Assembly: GCA_965209085.1 (NCBI GenBank)
Contig: OZ242376.1
Span: forward strand, 1,312,001-1,376,000
Length of the DNA stretch: 64,000 nucleotides
From: Nitrosopumilaceae archaeon
Lineage (GTDB): Archaea > Thermoproteota > Nitrososphaeria > Nitrososphaerales > Nitrosopumilaceae
Direction: 5' to 3'
A program made the translations under genes and the position numbers. Positions 15,984-26,997 of this stretch are shown here, one piece after another. Within the stretch, counting starts at the first letter, position 1. Each line of letters starts with the position of its first letter. Below the pieces are notes generated by a model. That model searched no databases. It was given only the letters and a program-made list of their open reading frames with translations, and was not told the DNA's origin.

Positions 15984-16904
15984 TCAGATCTTTACTTGTT
16001 TTATCAGAAATGATGCCAAGGCTTCCTCTGCGGCGAGTGTTTTCATTGTTATTTTTGTCTCATATACTTGCATTTCCTGTTCGCGTATTTTTGTAGAGAG
16101 TTTTTTATCTTTGTTATCTATTATCATGTGTCTGCATACAGAAGAATACATTTTTGACAATCCCAGTGCGCTAGGTTCTATTCCCGCAGCCCTCATGTAT
16201 TCGGCGGCAGGACCACTTATCGCTTCTGTTCCTATAAACGGACTTACTGCAACGGTTTTTTTCTTTGCTTTTGTAAGCTCTTTGTACAATCCTTTCATCT
16301 CCAACATTGGTCCGATGCTTGTAAGAGGATTTCCCGGTGCCAATACCACCATTGAGGCGTTTTGTATTGCGTTTATCGCCTCCGGATTTGGACGTGCCTT
16401 TTCTATTCCAACATATCTTATGCCCTGTACTTTTTCCTTGCCACGGTGTTTTACCCAAAATTCCTGCAGATGCATTTCGCCTTTTGGCGTTGTTATGCGC
16501 GTCTCTACATTGTTATCAGTCATTGGAATAATCTTTGTTCCAACCGCGAATTTTTTACAAATCCAGTCGGTGATAAATCCCAAATTTTTGCCATCTTTAA
16601 GCATATTTGTGCGTATAAGATTTGTGGCAGCATCTCTATCCCCCATACGGAACCACGTCTCTTCGCCAAAAACTTCCATTTGACGCAGAAAATTAAACGA
16701 GTCATTTTTTATCCCCCAGCTGCGCTTGTAGTCCAAAAGATCGGCCAGTCCGTAAATCATCGTGTCAATGTCAGGGCAAACGTACATGCCATATACCCAG
16801 TAATTATCGCCCACGTTACTAATTACGCATACGTCGTTTTCCTGAGCCACAAGACCGCGTACAAGTTTTACAGAGCCGGTTCCGCCGGCAAGTACAGTTA
16901 TCAT
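15984..16904 (-). CDS. cofD: 2-phospho-L-lactate transferase
   Basis: LAGGTGSVK, CPDIDT, GDRD, HLQEFWV and PGNPLTSIGP motifs. Confidence 0.95.
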   Translation of the reverse strand: MITVLAGGTGSVKLVRGLVAQENDVCVISNVGDNYWVYGMYVCPDIDTMIYGLADLLDYKRSWGIKNDSFNFLRQMEVFGEETWFRMGDRDAATNLIRTNMLKDGKNLGFITDWICKKFAVGTKIIPMTDNNVETRITTPKGEMHLQEFWVKHRGKEKVQGIRYVGIEKARPNPEAINAIQNASMVVLAPGNPLTSIGPMLEMKGLYKELTKAKKKTVAVSPFIGTEAISGPAAEYMRAAGIEPSALGLSKMYSSVCRHMIIDNKDKKLSTKIREQEMQVYETKITMKTLAAEEALASFLIKQVKI

Positions 16905-17012
16905 TTTTACCTAGAGATATTTTGCTTTTTGATGCTACATATTACCTTTTTTAAAAAAGGCAAAACAAGGTAGGTTTATTACTTGTAATTGATCGGTCTA
17001 GGCGTGAATGTC

Positions 17013-18362
17013 AAATTTGCCTCAATTATGATCGCACTAGTTTGTATTATTATGACAGGTGGGGTACAACCCGCGCTTGGCGCCCAATTAGAGTCAACGT
17101 TGGATCCGGACAAGGATGAATCCAGATTTAAAATCCTATATCAGAGAACGCTCAGCATTGACTATAGTAATGGCGGAGAGATTGCAGAACTGATGCGTGG
17201 AGTCGTTGTTGATGAAAGTGTTTCGGCAACATCTCCAAACAAGGATTTAGATCAAATCATAAACATGTTAAATGAAAACATTCTAAGAGAGAAAAGCACG
17301 GCCAGAATAAATGATTTGGATTTGACATATAGTGTGTCGATTAATGGCAGAGCCGACAGGGCAAACATAGATTATCGCGTATTGTTGGAAGGGGACATAT
17401 CCAACTATAGAATAGGCGATAGAGACAGCGAAGGAAGACAGCTAATTGATCTTGGTTGGAGAGGGATTTCCGCATATGGACCAATAATCGTAGACGGAGT
17501 TGAAGTAAATATGCCAATATCTGCAATAAAGACATACGTTCCAGGTGTCTATGAAATGATTCGTGGTACGGATGCGGATACTCTGCTCTCAAAACCCATA
17601 ATGAATGGCGATGATATTTTGAGACAAAAGTTAGACAGTTGGCACTTTTTATTTGATCCTACAGGAATTACTGTAGATGCAGGCACGTTTAAATTGGATG
17701 AGTCAATATCAGGTATTGTATTATCTACATATACAATGGGAGAGAGCAGTATCAGGGAAGGTATAAAGACGGAACAAGAGGAAACGATAATACTTGATCT
17801 TGACAGAGAATATTCGTTTAAAACAATCCAGTCCTCAGATAGTGCGAGTCTTACCGTAATTGGATTTTCATCACTAGGTGTACTACAGGGTTTGGAAATT
17901 GTAGGGGTTACGGATGAAAATATTGGCGTTGATGCAGCCACCGGCGACTTTCCTGCACTCATAATATACGGAATGGCAGGTATGGCAGTAATAGGAGGCA
18001 CTGTCTTTTTCATCATAAGCGGCAGGCAACTCAAAAGAGAAGGTCAGGAACAGACAGGGATAGACCCATCAAGACTTACAGGATATCAGACTAGTGCAAG
18101 TGCTGGCGGATATCAGACAAACAGAGGCGAGGCGCAGCTTACAGAGGCAGGAAACTACAAGGAGCACCAAAATGTTTACAATGATACCAATTCTGAAAAC
18201 CTGCCGGCGCAGATAACACATTCGGATGCAGCATGCGGATGCGCCGCATCTGTGGAAATGGGTTCAGAATGCGACTGTGTAATGCAAGATTCTTGCCTGT
18301 GTGATGGTACATGCGACTGTAATGCAGAACTTTGCAAAGAAAACGCCAGTGCAATGAGATAA
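17013..18362 (+). CDS. Secreted/membrane-anchored protein with C-terminal Cys-rich tail
   Basis: N-terminal signal-like segment, a TM near the C-terminus, and the tail CGC...CDC...CLC...CDC...C; ORF open from 16989. Confidence 0.82.
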   Translation, partial: KFASIMIALVCIIMTGGVQPALGAQLESTLDPDKDESRFKILYQRTLSIDYSNGGEIAELMRGVVVDESVSATSPNKDLDQIINMLNENILREKSTARINDLDLTYSVSINGRADRANIDYRVLLEGDISNYRIGDRDSEGRQLIDLGWRGISAYGPIIVDGVEVNMPISAIKTYVPGVYEMIRGTDADTLLSKPIMNGDDILRQKLDSWHFLFDPTGITVDAGTFKLDESISGIVLSTYTMGESSIREGIKTEQEETIILDLDREYSFKTIQSSDSASLTVIGFSSLGVLQGLEIVGVTDENIGVDAATGDFPALIIYGMAGMAVIGGTVFFIISGRQLKREGQEQTGIDPSRLTGYQTSASAGGYQTNRGEAQLTEAGNYKEHQNVYNDTNSENLPAQITHSDAACGCAASVEMGSECDCVMQDSCLCDGTCDCNAELCKENASAMR

Positions 18363-18371
18363 AAAAAAATC

Positions 18372-18654
18372 GGGCGTGCCGGGAGTAACCCTCCTTTTGT
18401 TTTCACGATATTTCGCTTTGCAGCCTACCTGAACCATGCACAGAAACTCGGTTCTGTTTGGCCTTTCTCCATGCGGGTCAGATTTTCCATTCCGACCATC
18501 CGGAAACCTCAGGTTTTACCCTCATAGTACGCCGGTGCGGATTTTTTTCTGTGCTGTTGCCGATCATCTCTGACCACCCATCTCCAGGTCGCATCTTCTG
18601 TGAGGAGGGAGGAGTTTCCTCTGCCGTAGCAGTGTTTCGTGCTCCGGCTCGCCC
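18372..18654 (-). ncRNA. rnpB: Archaeal RNase P RNA
   Basis: Minus strand: P1 GGGCGAGCCGG...CCGGCACGCCC; CR-I GAGGAAACUCC; CR-V AAACAAAAGGAGGGUUA; followed by a T-run. Confidence 0.9.
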
Positions 18655-18750
18655 ACATATCTTAAACAACACAGTGATTTTAATATTTCCAGGTACAAGA
18701 TGCGCTTTTTGGTCTAAACGCGTCTGTAAAATCCCGCATGTGTTATTATT

Positions 18751-19587
18751 ATGCAGTATTTGATGCAAAGTGTGCAGAATGCAAAATCGCTTGAAGAATA
18801 CATATCTGTGTTAAAATCAGAATTTGCATCATCGTATATAAAAAAAGCGCATCTTTACGAAGCTCTTCCAAATGATGCATCAGGCATACCGGACATCTCT
18901 CAAAAAGATTTGGATGCGCTGCATAAATTCATAAAGTCCAATCCCATATATGAAAATTCTTACGAATCCATAATTGCGGAAACTTGTTGCACCGTATACG
19001 AGGGCGACATGAACTCATATTGGCTTGACAGCATAAAGCATGATGCAAGTTATGCCCTGTTTTATCCAACATGGGTTATTTCAGCTTGCGCGCTAATCAA
19101 AGCTGCAGATGCGATGGGAATAAAACATGTCGTAGACATTGGTTCCGGTGATGGACGTATAGCATATTGTTCTAGTATTGCAGGAATTGAGACGTATTCG
19201 GTGGAAATTGATGAAAATCTTGCAGCACTCCAGAAAAAAATATGCAGTGATACAGGTGTGCGTTTTGAAATAAAATGCGGCGATGCCACACAGATGAATT
19301 ATCCAATTTTTGATCAGGCGGTGTTTTTCATAGGCAGCATTCCGGAAATTGGTGAAATGCTTGCCAAAGGCGTGATCAAAAAAACATTACAATCAAGCAA
19401 CCAAGTTTACGTGCTTTCAGGAACCCAAATCATGCGTAAAAACGGCAGAAATGCATCCGTATACGGATGGGGTCCACTTTTAGAAGAATTTGATCTAAAA
19501 CCTGTCAAGACTCTGATTTTGCCAACCAGATGGACAGTAGAGCATCCAGAAGATACGCCGTATGTTTTTGCCGTAAAAAATGAATGA
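18751..19587 (+). CDS. Class I SAM-dependent methyltransferase-like protein
   Basis: VDIGSGDGR and SVEID motifs. Confidence 0.8.
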   Translation: MQYLMQSVQNAKSLEEYISVLKSEFASSYIKKAHLYEALPNDASGIPDISQKDLDALHKFIKSNPIYENSYESIIAETCCTVYEGDMNSYWLDSIKHDASYALFYPTWVISACALIKAADAMGIKHVVDIGSGDGRIAYCSSIAGIETYSVEIDENLAALQKKICSDTGVRFEIKCGDATQMNYPIFDQAVFFIGSIPEIGEMLAKGVIKKTLQSSNQVYVLSGTQIMRKNGRNASVYGWGPLLEEFDLKPVKTLILPTRWTVEHPEDTPYVFAVKNE

Positions 19588-19673
19588 ATGTTTTAGACTT
19601 GTGTTGCGGCAATTTTACTGGCGCACATACTAGATGAAAAAATAATACGCGCGTCCCAAAAGAGAAAGTGCTA

Positions 19674-20459
19674 TTATTGTGCCCGCATTCGTGCCAGCCA
19701 GTCAGATTCTGTAGGAATGTGCTGCGTATCCGCAGTAGGCGTTTGGGCCTGTTGTGGTGTAGTTGACTCTGGTGGTTCTGGCATTGTTACGTTCATTGGC
19801 ACTTTTGGGAGTGTCGTTTCCGCTTCTGGGACTGATTCACCTGGCTGAGCGCAGAGCGTTTGCTCCACCTCAGTGTCAAGATTCTCCAGCCTTTGCTGTA
19901 CGCGTTTAATTTCAGAGATTTCGTTTTGCATGTGTTCTTCAAGACTTTTTGTTTGCTCACATACTGTAGAAAATGCAGTCTCGGCCATCTCGCCACTTTT
20001 TGACTGGATTCGGGCATCAAAGACGATTACCTTTACCGCTTTTAGCTGCTCATCCAGTTGCGAGAGCCTTGAATTCAGATCTGCATCAATTTCCCGGTGC
20101 ATGGATTCAAACGAAGTTATTTTTGTACGGTATTTTGCATGTACTAGGGACGCATCTTCTTTCATCTCGTCATTATCTGAGACAATGTCGATTATTGCTC
20201 GAAGCCTTCGCAGAGTCATTCCTTTCTCACGTAGCATTTTTTGTGAATCCAATCTCCATTTTGGTATGAAGATGATCACATCATCTTGTACTACAAGTTG
20301 AGAGTAGGGAATCTGCATCAGCCCAGAGTGTCCGCAGTCGACACCTACCGTATGCACACTGCCGTCGATGTCGGTCAGCGTTCCCACGGTTGTGCCCATG
20401 ATTGAACCGTACATGTCTTTTACAGATTTGCCGATTATCTCCGCGTTGTGGTTGCTCAT
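19674..20459 (-). CDS. cdvA: Cell division protein CdvA
   Basis: IGKSVKDMYG PRC-like N-terminus, FIPKWR, coiled coil and Pro-rich tail. Confidence 0.87.
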   Translation of the reverse strand: MSNHNAEIIGKSVKDMYGSIMGTTVGTLTDIDGSVHTVGVDCGHSGLMQIPYSQLVVQDDVIIFIPKWRLDSQKMLREKGMTLRRLRAIIDIVSDNDEMKEDASLVHAKYRTKITSFESMHREIDADLNSRLSQLDEQLKAVKVIVFDARIQSKSGEMAETAFSTVCEQTKSLEEHMQNEISEIKRVQQRLENLDTEVEQTLCAQPGESVPEAETTLPKVPMNVTMPEPPESTTPQQAQTPTADTQHIPTESDWLARMRAQ

Positions 20460-20557
20460 AACTAGAATTGTATGATCTCAATAATACGACCTATGTCACC
20501 AACCTTTGTGAATTTAGTCAATAATAGCTCCACGCAGAGCGGTTTTTATGCAATAAA

Positions 20558-20881
20558 GTGATGCAATACATCATGATAGGAATAGACGAGATGAATCAGA
20601 TACTTGGGTTTGTCTCAAAACGCTGGGAAGAGATGGCCACAAATCCTGAAAACCGTTCCATGCAGACCCTGCCGAGCAATTTTTGGATGAATTCTGTAGG
20701 AGGTAAAGCTGGAAATGGCAGATGGATAACGGCCCTAATGTATACTGAAAGTGATGCGGATGCGCAAGCATTCAAGGATGTGCTGCTACGGTGGCAGACA
20801 AAGGGAATTGAATCTACAAAAGCACCGGATCTGATACAGATTGGCAGCAGCAAAGAAAATCAGGACAGTATGCGGCAGTGA
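20558..20881 (+). CDS. Hypothetical protein
   Basis: 107-aa ORF directly upstream of thyX. Confidence 0.7.
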   Translation: MMQYIMIGIDEMNQILGFVSKRWEEMATNPENRSMQTLPSNFWMNSVGGKAGNGRWITALMYTESDADAQAFKDVLLRWQTKGIESTKAPDLIQIGSSKENQDSMRQ

Positions 20882-20885
20882 GTGC

Positions 20886-22499
20886 ATGGCTCAAAAGTTT
20901 ACGCGAAAAGAAAAATCAGATCTAAAAAATCATTTTTCAAACACGGATGCAAACGTGTTTGCAATTACAACCCCGCAACAGGTAGACCGAGGAGCTCTCA
21001 TGTCAAGGTACAGCAGAACCGACAAGGACATGCGGCGCGTTTTTTTGGACGAGTTTTTGGCCAATAAAAAAAGAGGTGAAGAATTTTACCGGCGCGTGTT
21101 AATCGAATACGGCGATGATTCTGTTGCAGAGCTTGGATCAGCCCAAATTGCAGCCGAGGGCATATCAAACATTGCGGTAAAAAAAATTGAAGATCGCCGC
21201 ATAGGGTTGTCATATCTTGAAAAATCTTCAAGGTACGTCCCGTGGGATAAAAAACGTGCAGGCAAATACAGGTTTTACAGGGATGCAGATATTGCAGAAT
21301 CAAGATATGCAGATTCCTACGAGGATGCATGTAATTTGGATTTTGAAACGTATTCAAAGTTTCTAAAACCCATGTTGCAGTACATTAGGGAAAAATATCC
21401 GATAGAAAAATACGCGTTTAAAAATCATTCTGGCAGGAATGTTTCTTTTGCAAAGTTGCGCGATTCGTATGATATAAAATCCGCAAATGCCATCTACAAC
21501 GGCTCCACTAGGGCAAAAGCGCTGGACATACTGAGGGGACTTTTGCCAGCATCCACGCTGACAAACGTCGGAATTACAGGGAACGGCCGCGCTTTTGAAT
21601 ACCTGCTGACTGTAATGTACGGCTCTGCGCTAAAAGAGGAAAAATTGCTTGCCGCACATATGCATAAAGAGCTTGGCAAGACAATTGGTCCGTTTGTCAA
21701 AAGGGCCGGAGACGAATACGGCAGGCGTACCAGCGAATATCTGGCACGGTTAGGCACAGAATCAGCATCGCTTGCCAAAAAATATGCAGGTACAAAAAGA
21801 TCCGTCAGATGGCGTGCAAAGCTCATCGAATGTGAGCCGGAGGAAAAGGCGTTAAACCGCATTATATCAGCCATCATATACCAGGGATCATCTGGCGAGC
21901 CCCTCGAATACGCCGTGTCGGCTGCAAAAAAGATGTCTGTTGCCAAAAAAGCGTCCATCATTTTAAAATTCTCATCACTTAGAAACAACCGCAGGCAAAG
22001 ACCGCCGCGCGCCTTTGAGATGACAGAGTATACTTTTGACATGATAAATAATTTCGGCATGTTCCGTGACATGCACCGTCATCGGGCACTCACGCTTGGC
22101 AGACAGCTGTTAACTGCGGATCACGGATATTCTGTTCCAAAAGAGATTGATGAGATGAGTACAAGATCACAGTATACAGAATGCATGGAGAATACTCGGG
22201 ATGTTTTTAACAATATTCGCAGAAAACTGCCAGAGCAGGCCCAGTATGTTGTAAACTTTGCATACAATTATCCGTATTTTATGCGGTGCAATTTGCGCGA
22301 GGCTGTACACATAATCGAGATTCGCACAATACCGCAAGGTCATGCGGACTATCGCCTCGTGGCACAGGAAATGTTTGCACAAATAAAAAACAGGCATCCC
22401 AAACTTGCACGCATGATCAAATTTGCCGACACAAAGACGTATGATTTGGAAAGATTTGAATCAGAAAAACGCACAAATTCAAAAAAACGTGCACGGTAA
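20886..22499 (+). CDS. thyX: FAD-dependent thymidylate synthase (long two-domain form)
   Basis: [22 protein letters not shown] and QGHADYR motifs. Confidence 0.9.
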   Translation: MAQKFTRKEKSDLKNHFSNTDANVFAITTPQQVDRGALMSRYSRTDKDMRRVFLDEFLANKKRGEEFYRRVLIEYGDDSVAELGSAQIAAEGISNIAVKKIEDRRIGLSYLEKSSRYVPWDKKRAGKYRFYRDADIAESRYADSYEDACNLDFETYSKFLKPMLQYIREKYPIEKYAFKNHSGRNVSFAKLRDSYDIKSANAIYNGSTRAKALDILRGLLPASTLTNVGITGNGRAFEYLLTVMYGSALKEEKLLAAHMHKELGKTIGPFVKRAGDEYGRRTSEYLARLGTESASLAKKYAGTKRSVRWRAKLIECEPEEKALNRIISAIIYQGSSGEPLEYAVSAAKKMSVAKKASIILKFSSLRNNRRQRPPRAFEMTEYTFDMINNFGMFRDMHRHRALTLGRQLLTADHGYSVPKEIDEMSTRSQYTECMENTRDVFNNIRRKLPEQAQYVVNFAYNYPYFMRCNLREAVHIIEIRTIPQGHADYRLVAQEMFAQIKNRHPKLARMIKFADTKTYDLERFESEKRTNSKKRAR

Positions 22500-22532
22500 A
22501 GACACAAATTGCCCATTATGTGCAATATACGC

Positions 22533-22928
22533 ATGGACAGTGAATTTGCCAAATCATTAAAAGCAAAACTGGATCCGGCCCAATACGAGATATGCGTAAA
22601 CAAGGGAACAGAGCCGGCGTTTACCGGCAAATATCACGACAGCAAAGAACCCGGAACATATCGGTGTGTTTGCTGCAATGCGGTTCTTTTCAAATCGGAT
22701 AAAAAATTCAATTCTGGAACAGGCTGGCCCAGTTTTTCAGATGCAGCAGACAAAGACAATGTAGAGTGTATAGAGGATGCCAGTTTTGGCATGCTGCGCA
22801 CAGAGGCAAACTGTAAAAAATGTGGCGCCCATCTAGGACACGTATTTGATGATGGTCCGCAGCCCACAAATCTCAGATACTGCATAAATTCAGCCTCGCT
22901 GGATTTTGAAAAAAAGAACGCCCCATAG
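22533..22928 (+). CDS. msrB: Peptide-methionine (R)-S-oxide reductase
   Basis: [26 protein letters not shown] and RYCINSASL motifs. Confidence 0.97.
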   Translation: MDSEFAKSLKAKLDPAQYEICVNKGTEPAFTGKYHDSKEPGTYRCVCCNAVLFKSDKKFNSGTGWPSFSDAADKDNVECIEDASFGMLRTEANCKKCGAHLGHVFDDGPQPTNLRYCINSASLDFEKKNAP

Positions 22929-23026
22929 TGGAAGAATCAAGATTTGCACACAATTGCGGCAATTTTTGTAAATGGTATATTCCATGCAATCTTAATGTTA
23001 ATAATATTGCAAAGTAATCACAGTTT

Positions 23027-24031
23027 ATGCGCATAATATTGTGTGGTTTTGGAGCGGTTGGACAGAGTCTTGCATCCCTGTTTGAATCCAGAGCCAAAGA
23101 ATTGTACGATATGCACGGCCTGCGTCCACGTATCGTAGGGGTTTTTGACAGCAAAGGGGCCGCATTCCAAAGTTCTGGACTGGATCCTGGAAAACTTGTC
23201 AGGATAAAAAAATCAAAAGGCACTGTAGGGGCATACGGGGGAAAGATTGCAGGAGGGTTGGACATGATAGAATCAGTAGATGCGGACGTTCTAGTTGAAA
23301 CCACTGCAAGCAATTACAATGATGCAGAACCGGGCATGAGTCACATCATGGCCGCAATGAGGCGCGGTATGCACGTAATATCTGTAAACAAAGGACCCCT
23401 TGCCCTGGCATTTCCGTCTCTTTTAGAGCTTGCAGAACACAACGGTGTAAAGATTAGATTTAGCGGAACGGTCGGAGGCGGAACCCCGATACTGGATTAT
23501 GCAAAGAACAGTCTGCACGGGGAACGCATAACGTCATTTTCCGGAATATTAAACGGCACTACAAACTATATTCTCACAAACATGTCAGGAGGAATGTCTT
23601 TTGATAACGCACTAGCAGATGCCAAAGGACGCGGTTACGTGGAGGCAGACGAATCACTTGATCTTGACGGATTTGATGCTGCAGCAAAACTTACGATACT
23701 TGCAAACTGGGTAATGGATATGCGCGTTACCTTACAGGACATAGACAGAACTGGAATACGCAATGTGGACATTTCTGATGTAAAAGCAGCAGAAAAGAAA
23801 AATTCTGCCATAAAGCTTGTTGCATCCTGCAACGGCGGACTGCGTGTGGCTCCCGTGGAGATACCAGTAGATGATCCGTTGTGTGTGAACGGCACTTTGA
23901 ATGCAATATCGTTTACATCCAAGCATTCTGGAACCCAGACGATCATAGGAAGGGGGGCAGGAGGTACTGAGACTGCAAGCTCTATTCTTCGGGATCTATT
24001 GGACATACGGAGGTCAGTATCCTCAAATTGA
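23027..24031 (+). CDS. hom: Homoserine dehydrogenase
   Basis: GFGAVG, NKGPLA, GILNGTTNYIL and GRGAGG motifs. Confidence 0.95.
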   Translation: MRIILCGFGAVGQSLASLFESRAKELYDMHGLRPRIVGVFDSKGAAFQSSGLDPGKLVRIKKSKGTVGAYGGKIAGGLDMIESVDADVLVETTASNYNDAEPGMSHIMAAMRRGMHVISVNKGPLALAFPSLLELAEHNGVKIRFSGTVGGGTPILDYAKNSLHGERITSFSGILNGTTNYILTNMSGGMSFDNALADAKGRGYVEADESLDLDGFDAAAKLTILANWVMDMRVTLQDIDRTGIRNVDISDVKAAEKKNSAIKLVASCNGGLRVAPVEIPVDDPLCVNGTLNAISFTSKHSGTQTIIGRGAGGTETASSILRDLLDIRRSVSSN

Positions 24032-24504
24032 AGTCAAATCCCATATCCAAGAGTGAGTCATCACAGACCCTGCGCGATATAGCGTCCCAGTGGGGCACAG
24101 AGCCGCCAAAAATAAAAAATCTCATGGTGTATCATATAACAAATGATGCGCTGTATATCGCAGGTGAGGATCTAAAGGCGCTGAAAATTGGTAAAAAATA
24201 CGTGCCTTTTTTAACTGATACAAAAATACTTGAAAAATTTCCCCGCATTATTGTTGATATGGGCGCTGTGAAATTCGTATGCAACGGTGCAAACGTGATG
24301 CGTCCTGGAATTACAGGATTTTCAGGCGAGTTTGAAGCAGGGCAAATTGTATGCATAACAGAGGAATCAAAAAATATGTTTCTAGCAATCGGCATAGCGT
24401 CCGTGCCAAGCTCAGAGGCTCGCACAATGAAGAAAGGACAGGTTTTAGAAAACATTCACTATGTCTCAGACAGATACTGGGACATTGTAAGGAAAATTAA
24501 CTAG
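24028..24504 (+). CDS. PUA-domain RNA-binding protein
   Basis: VDMGAVKFVCNGANVMRPGI motif. Confidence 0.9.
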   Translation: MKSNPISKSESSQTLRDIASQWGTEPPKIKNLMVYHITNDALYIAGEDLKALKIGKKYVPFLTDTKILEKFPRIIVDMGAVKFVCNGANVMRPGITGFSGEFEAGQIVCITEESKNMFLAIGIASVPSSEARTMKKGQVLENIHYVSDRYWDIVRKIN

Positions 24505-25096
24505 TGGATACCTGCGGTATTTTAATGCCGTTTTTATCGATGACCATCAAATCAATTCCATCGCCGCTGAAAGAATCGCGCATTGTTGCAGAATGCACCG
24601 CCTTTGTAGCCATGTCCACTGCTTGCTGCTCTGAGAGACCTTGTTTGAATCCTGGATCAAGAACACCCAGTGCCATCTCAGCTCCTGTTCCGACTGCAGC
24701 GTATTCATCCGGCAGTACTGAACCAAGCGGGTCTAGCGTGCATAATATCGGTTTGTCCACAACGCCTCCGACAATAACCTGTGTCAAGAGGGGAAAGTAT
24801 CTGCGTTCATACATCATGTTTGACATCATTTTTGCAATCGTATTTGGAGGCACTTCTCTTTTCAGTTCCATGAGGCGTATTTTTGCCAAAGCGGATATCT
24901 GCAAGGAGAGTAATTGCATATCAGCTACAAGGCCGGCACATGCAGCTCCCACGTATTTGGTAATCTGGAATGTTTTTTTCGTGTTTTTACTCACAAGGAA
25001 ATTGCCGTATGCTATACGCCTCTCACTGGCAAAGACGATCCCATGATCAAAGGTAATGCCCACAGCCGTGGCGCCTGGCATGTACATATAAGACAT
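24497..25096 (-). CDS. psmB: Proteasome subunit beta (Thr1 replaced by Ala; probably non-catalytic paralog)
   Basis: PG-ATAVGI, AGLVAD and RDSFSGDGID motifs; ORF open from 25120. Confidence 0.92.
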   Translation of the reverse strand: MSYMYMPGATAVGITFDHGIVFASERRIAYGNFLVSKNTKKTFQITKYVGAACAGLVADMQLLSLQISALAKIRLMELKREVPPNTIAKMMSNMMYERRYFPLLTQVIVGGVVDKPILCTLDPLGSVLPDEYAAVGTGAEMALGVLDPGFKQGLSEQQAVDMATKAVHSATMRDSFSGDGIDLMVIDKNGIKIPQVSTS

Positions 25097-25237
25097 GAAA
25101 TTTGGCTTCATTTTGCGCAATTAAAGGGTTTACCGCACGTATGCGGTGCAGATTTCATCCAATACAGGGATTGTTTTACGATCAAAATTATAAAATATTT
25201 CAACTAGTTTTAATATATGCCATGAAAGGCATCAATT

Positions 25238-25657
25238 ATGACACAGGCAGGAATTGGCACAGGCATACTCTCGGATGCAGCATTCATGGGAATTCGCGCA
25301 TCTATTGGAGTCATATTTTTGATGCACGGGCTCTCAAAGCTTGGCAATGAAATGTATATCGGATGGATGTCCTCGTTTGGTCTCACTCCGGATATGGCCA
25401 TGCTCATAGCCATAGGAGAAATTGTTCCCGGAATACTGCTCATTGTGGGAGTTTTGTCAAGATTGTCAGCAGGCGTGCTTGCATCAATTATGGTCTCTGC
25501 GATATTTATCATAAAAGATCCGCAGATCATTACCGGAGAAAAGGGAATAGAGTTTGAACTCATCCTGCTTGCAGGAGCGCTTATGATTGCAGTTGCAGGT
25601 CCCGGAAGACTGTCCATATCTCATGCTGTAAAACGTATTCCAAGACTCGTGCATTAG
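25238..25657 (+). CDS. DoxX family membrane protein
   Basis: R...GVIFLMHGLSK, GIEFEL and GPGRLS motifs. Confidence 0.88.
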   Translation: MTQAGIGTGILSDAAFMGIRASIGVIFLMHGLSKLGNEMYIGWMSSFGLTPDMAMLIAIGEIVPGILLIVGVLSRLSAGVLASIMVSAIFIIKDPQIITGEKGIEFELILLAGALMIAVAGPGRLSISHAVKRIPRLVH

Positions 25658-26997
25658 AGAAAATTTTTCATTATTGCAGACATGCATTTTGCAGACTTAA
25701 TCAGCAAGTCCACCCTGGCATATTCGTTTGGGGAATGAATTCCGGCAAATATGTGGGTGCATCCTATGGATATGCACGGACATTTTAAAATTGATGCAAA
25801 CTGGTGCATTGGTCCTGTTCCGGCGCTGGAGATACTCAAAACATGCCCTCCAAAGGCAGAATCTGCAGCATTGCACACCTGGGTTACAAATTTCTCATCA
25901 GGATTTGTGCGCGATGCAGCTTCGGCATGATGCACCTTTACTTTAATCTCGGAGAATCCGCGCAGTTGCAGATGTTTTAAAAGACGGGCGCGCTGTTTTG
26001 CAGGATTCATTCCAGGAGTCAGTCTAAAATCAACTTTTGCCACAGCTATTGACGGCAGTATCGTCTTTGCCCCCCTGCCCTGGTAGCCAGAGTATATTCC
26101 CGCAATGTTGCACGTTGCCCCTCCGACCAGCTGCGCTTTGGCGTCATCGCCCCGTCGGCCTCCCACAAACTGGCTTATCCCGTATTCTTTTTTGAATGAT
26201 GCCTCATCAAATGATTCTGCTGCAATAAATTTCAGATCACGCGCGGTAAATTTTTTTGCATCCTTGTACCAGTCATCCACGAGCACCCGACCGTCAGGTG
26301 CGCGCATGGTATGCAGTGCCTCGATGAGGCGCCATGCCGGATTTTTTATCAGTACGGCAAGGCTAGAGTGTGCATCATTCTTTGGTCCGCGTACGGTAAA
26401 TTCTACAAACAGCATTCCTTTCATTCCAAGGCTGACAACCGGAAGATTATCAGAATTTACAAATCCAAATTCCCATATTATTCCATCACATGCAAATTTT
26501 TTCCTGTATTTTTTCAGATATTTTTCAATGTGTGCGCTGCCAGTCTCTTCTTCCCCCTCTATGACAAATTTTATGCTGCACGGCAGATCGCCTTCGGTCT
26601 TTAACAGCGATTCGACCGCCTTTATTCTTGATACAAGCTCGCCCTTGTCATCAGATGATCCGCGTCCGTACACCTTGTTGCCTTTTAGGGTACGGCCAAA
26701 AGGCGGAAATTTCCACTCATCGAGCGGTTCGGCAGGCTGTACGTCGTAATGGTTGTAAAAGAGCAGTGTCTTTTTTGGGTTTTTCTTTGATATCACCTCT
26801 CCAAATACCAGGGGTGCTGCCCCCGAAATACGCAGTATTTTGGAGCGTATTCCGGAACGTTTCAACGACTCGGCCACCAGTTTTGCGCATTTTTCTATCC
26901 CCTCCCCGGTTGCCGAGACGCTTGGCTGTGCCACCAGTCTTTGCAGTTCGGATACCATTGATGGCGTGTTTTTATCAATATATGAATCCGATTTCAT
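25654..26997 (-). CDS. M20/M25/M40 family metallopeptidase
   Basis: HYDVQP, GRGSSDDKG, EGEEETGS and HSPNE motifs. Confidence 0.93.
   Translation of the reverse strand: MKSDSYIDKNTPSMVSELQRLVAQPSVSATGEGIEKCAKLVAESLKRSGIRSKILRISGAAPLVFGEVISKKNPKKTLLFYNHYDVQPAEPLDEWKFPPFGRTLKGNKVYGRGSSDDKGELVSRIKAVESLLKTEGDLPCSIKFVIEGEEETGSAHIEKYLKKYRKKFACDGIIWEFGFVNSDNLPVVSLGMKGMLFVEFTVRGPKNDAHSSLAVLIKNPAWRLIEALHTMRAPDGRVLVDDWYKDAKKFTARDLKFIAAESFDEASFKKEYGISQFVGGRRGDDAKAQLVGGATCNIAGIYSGYQGRGAKTILPSIAVAKVDFRLTPGMNPAKQRARLLKHLQLRGFSEIKVKVHHAEAASRTNPDEKFVTQVCNAADSAFGGHVLSISSAGTGPMHQFASILKCPCISIGCTHIFAGIHSPNEYARVDLLIKSAKCMSAIMKNFL

Noticed and set aside
15850-16973. Long plus-strand ORFs opposite cofC/cofD, and similar ORFs opposite argS and the sulfite reductase
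   Set aside because: Antisense shadows of well-supported genes with no recognisable motifs.
18458-18768. ORFs 18458..18763 (+) and 18478..18768 (-)
   Set aside because: They overlap the RNase P RNA gene and are spurious.
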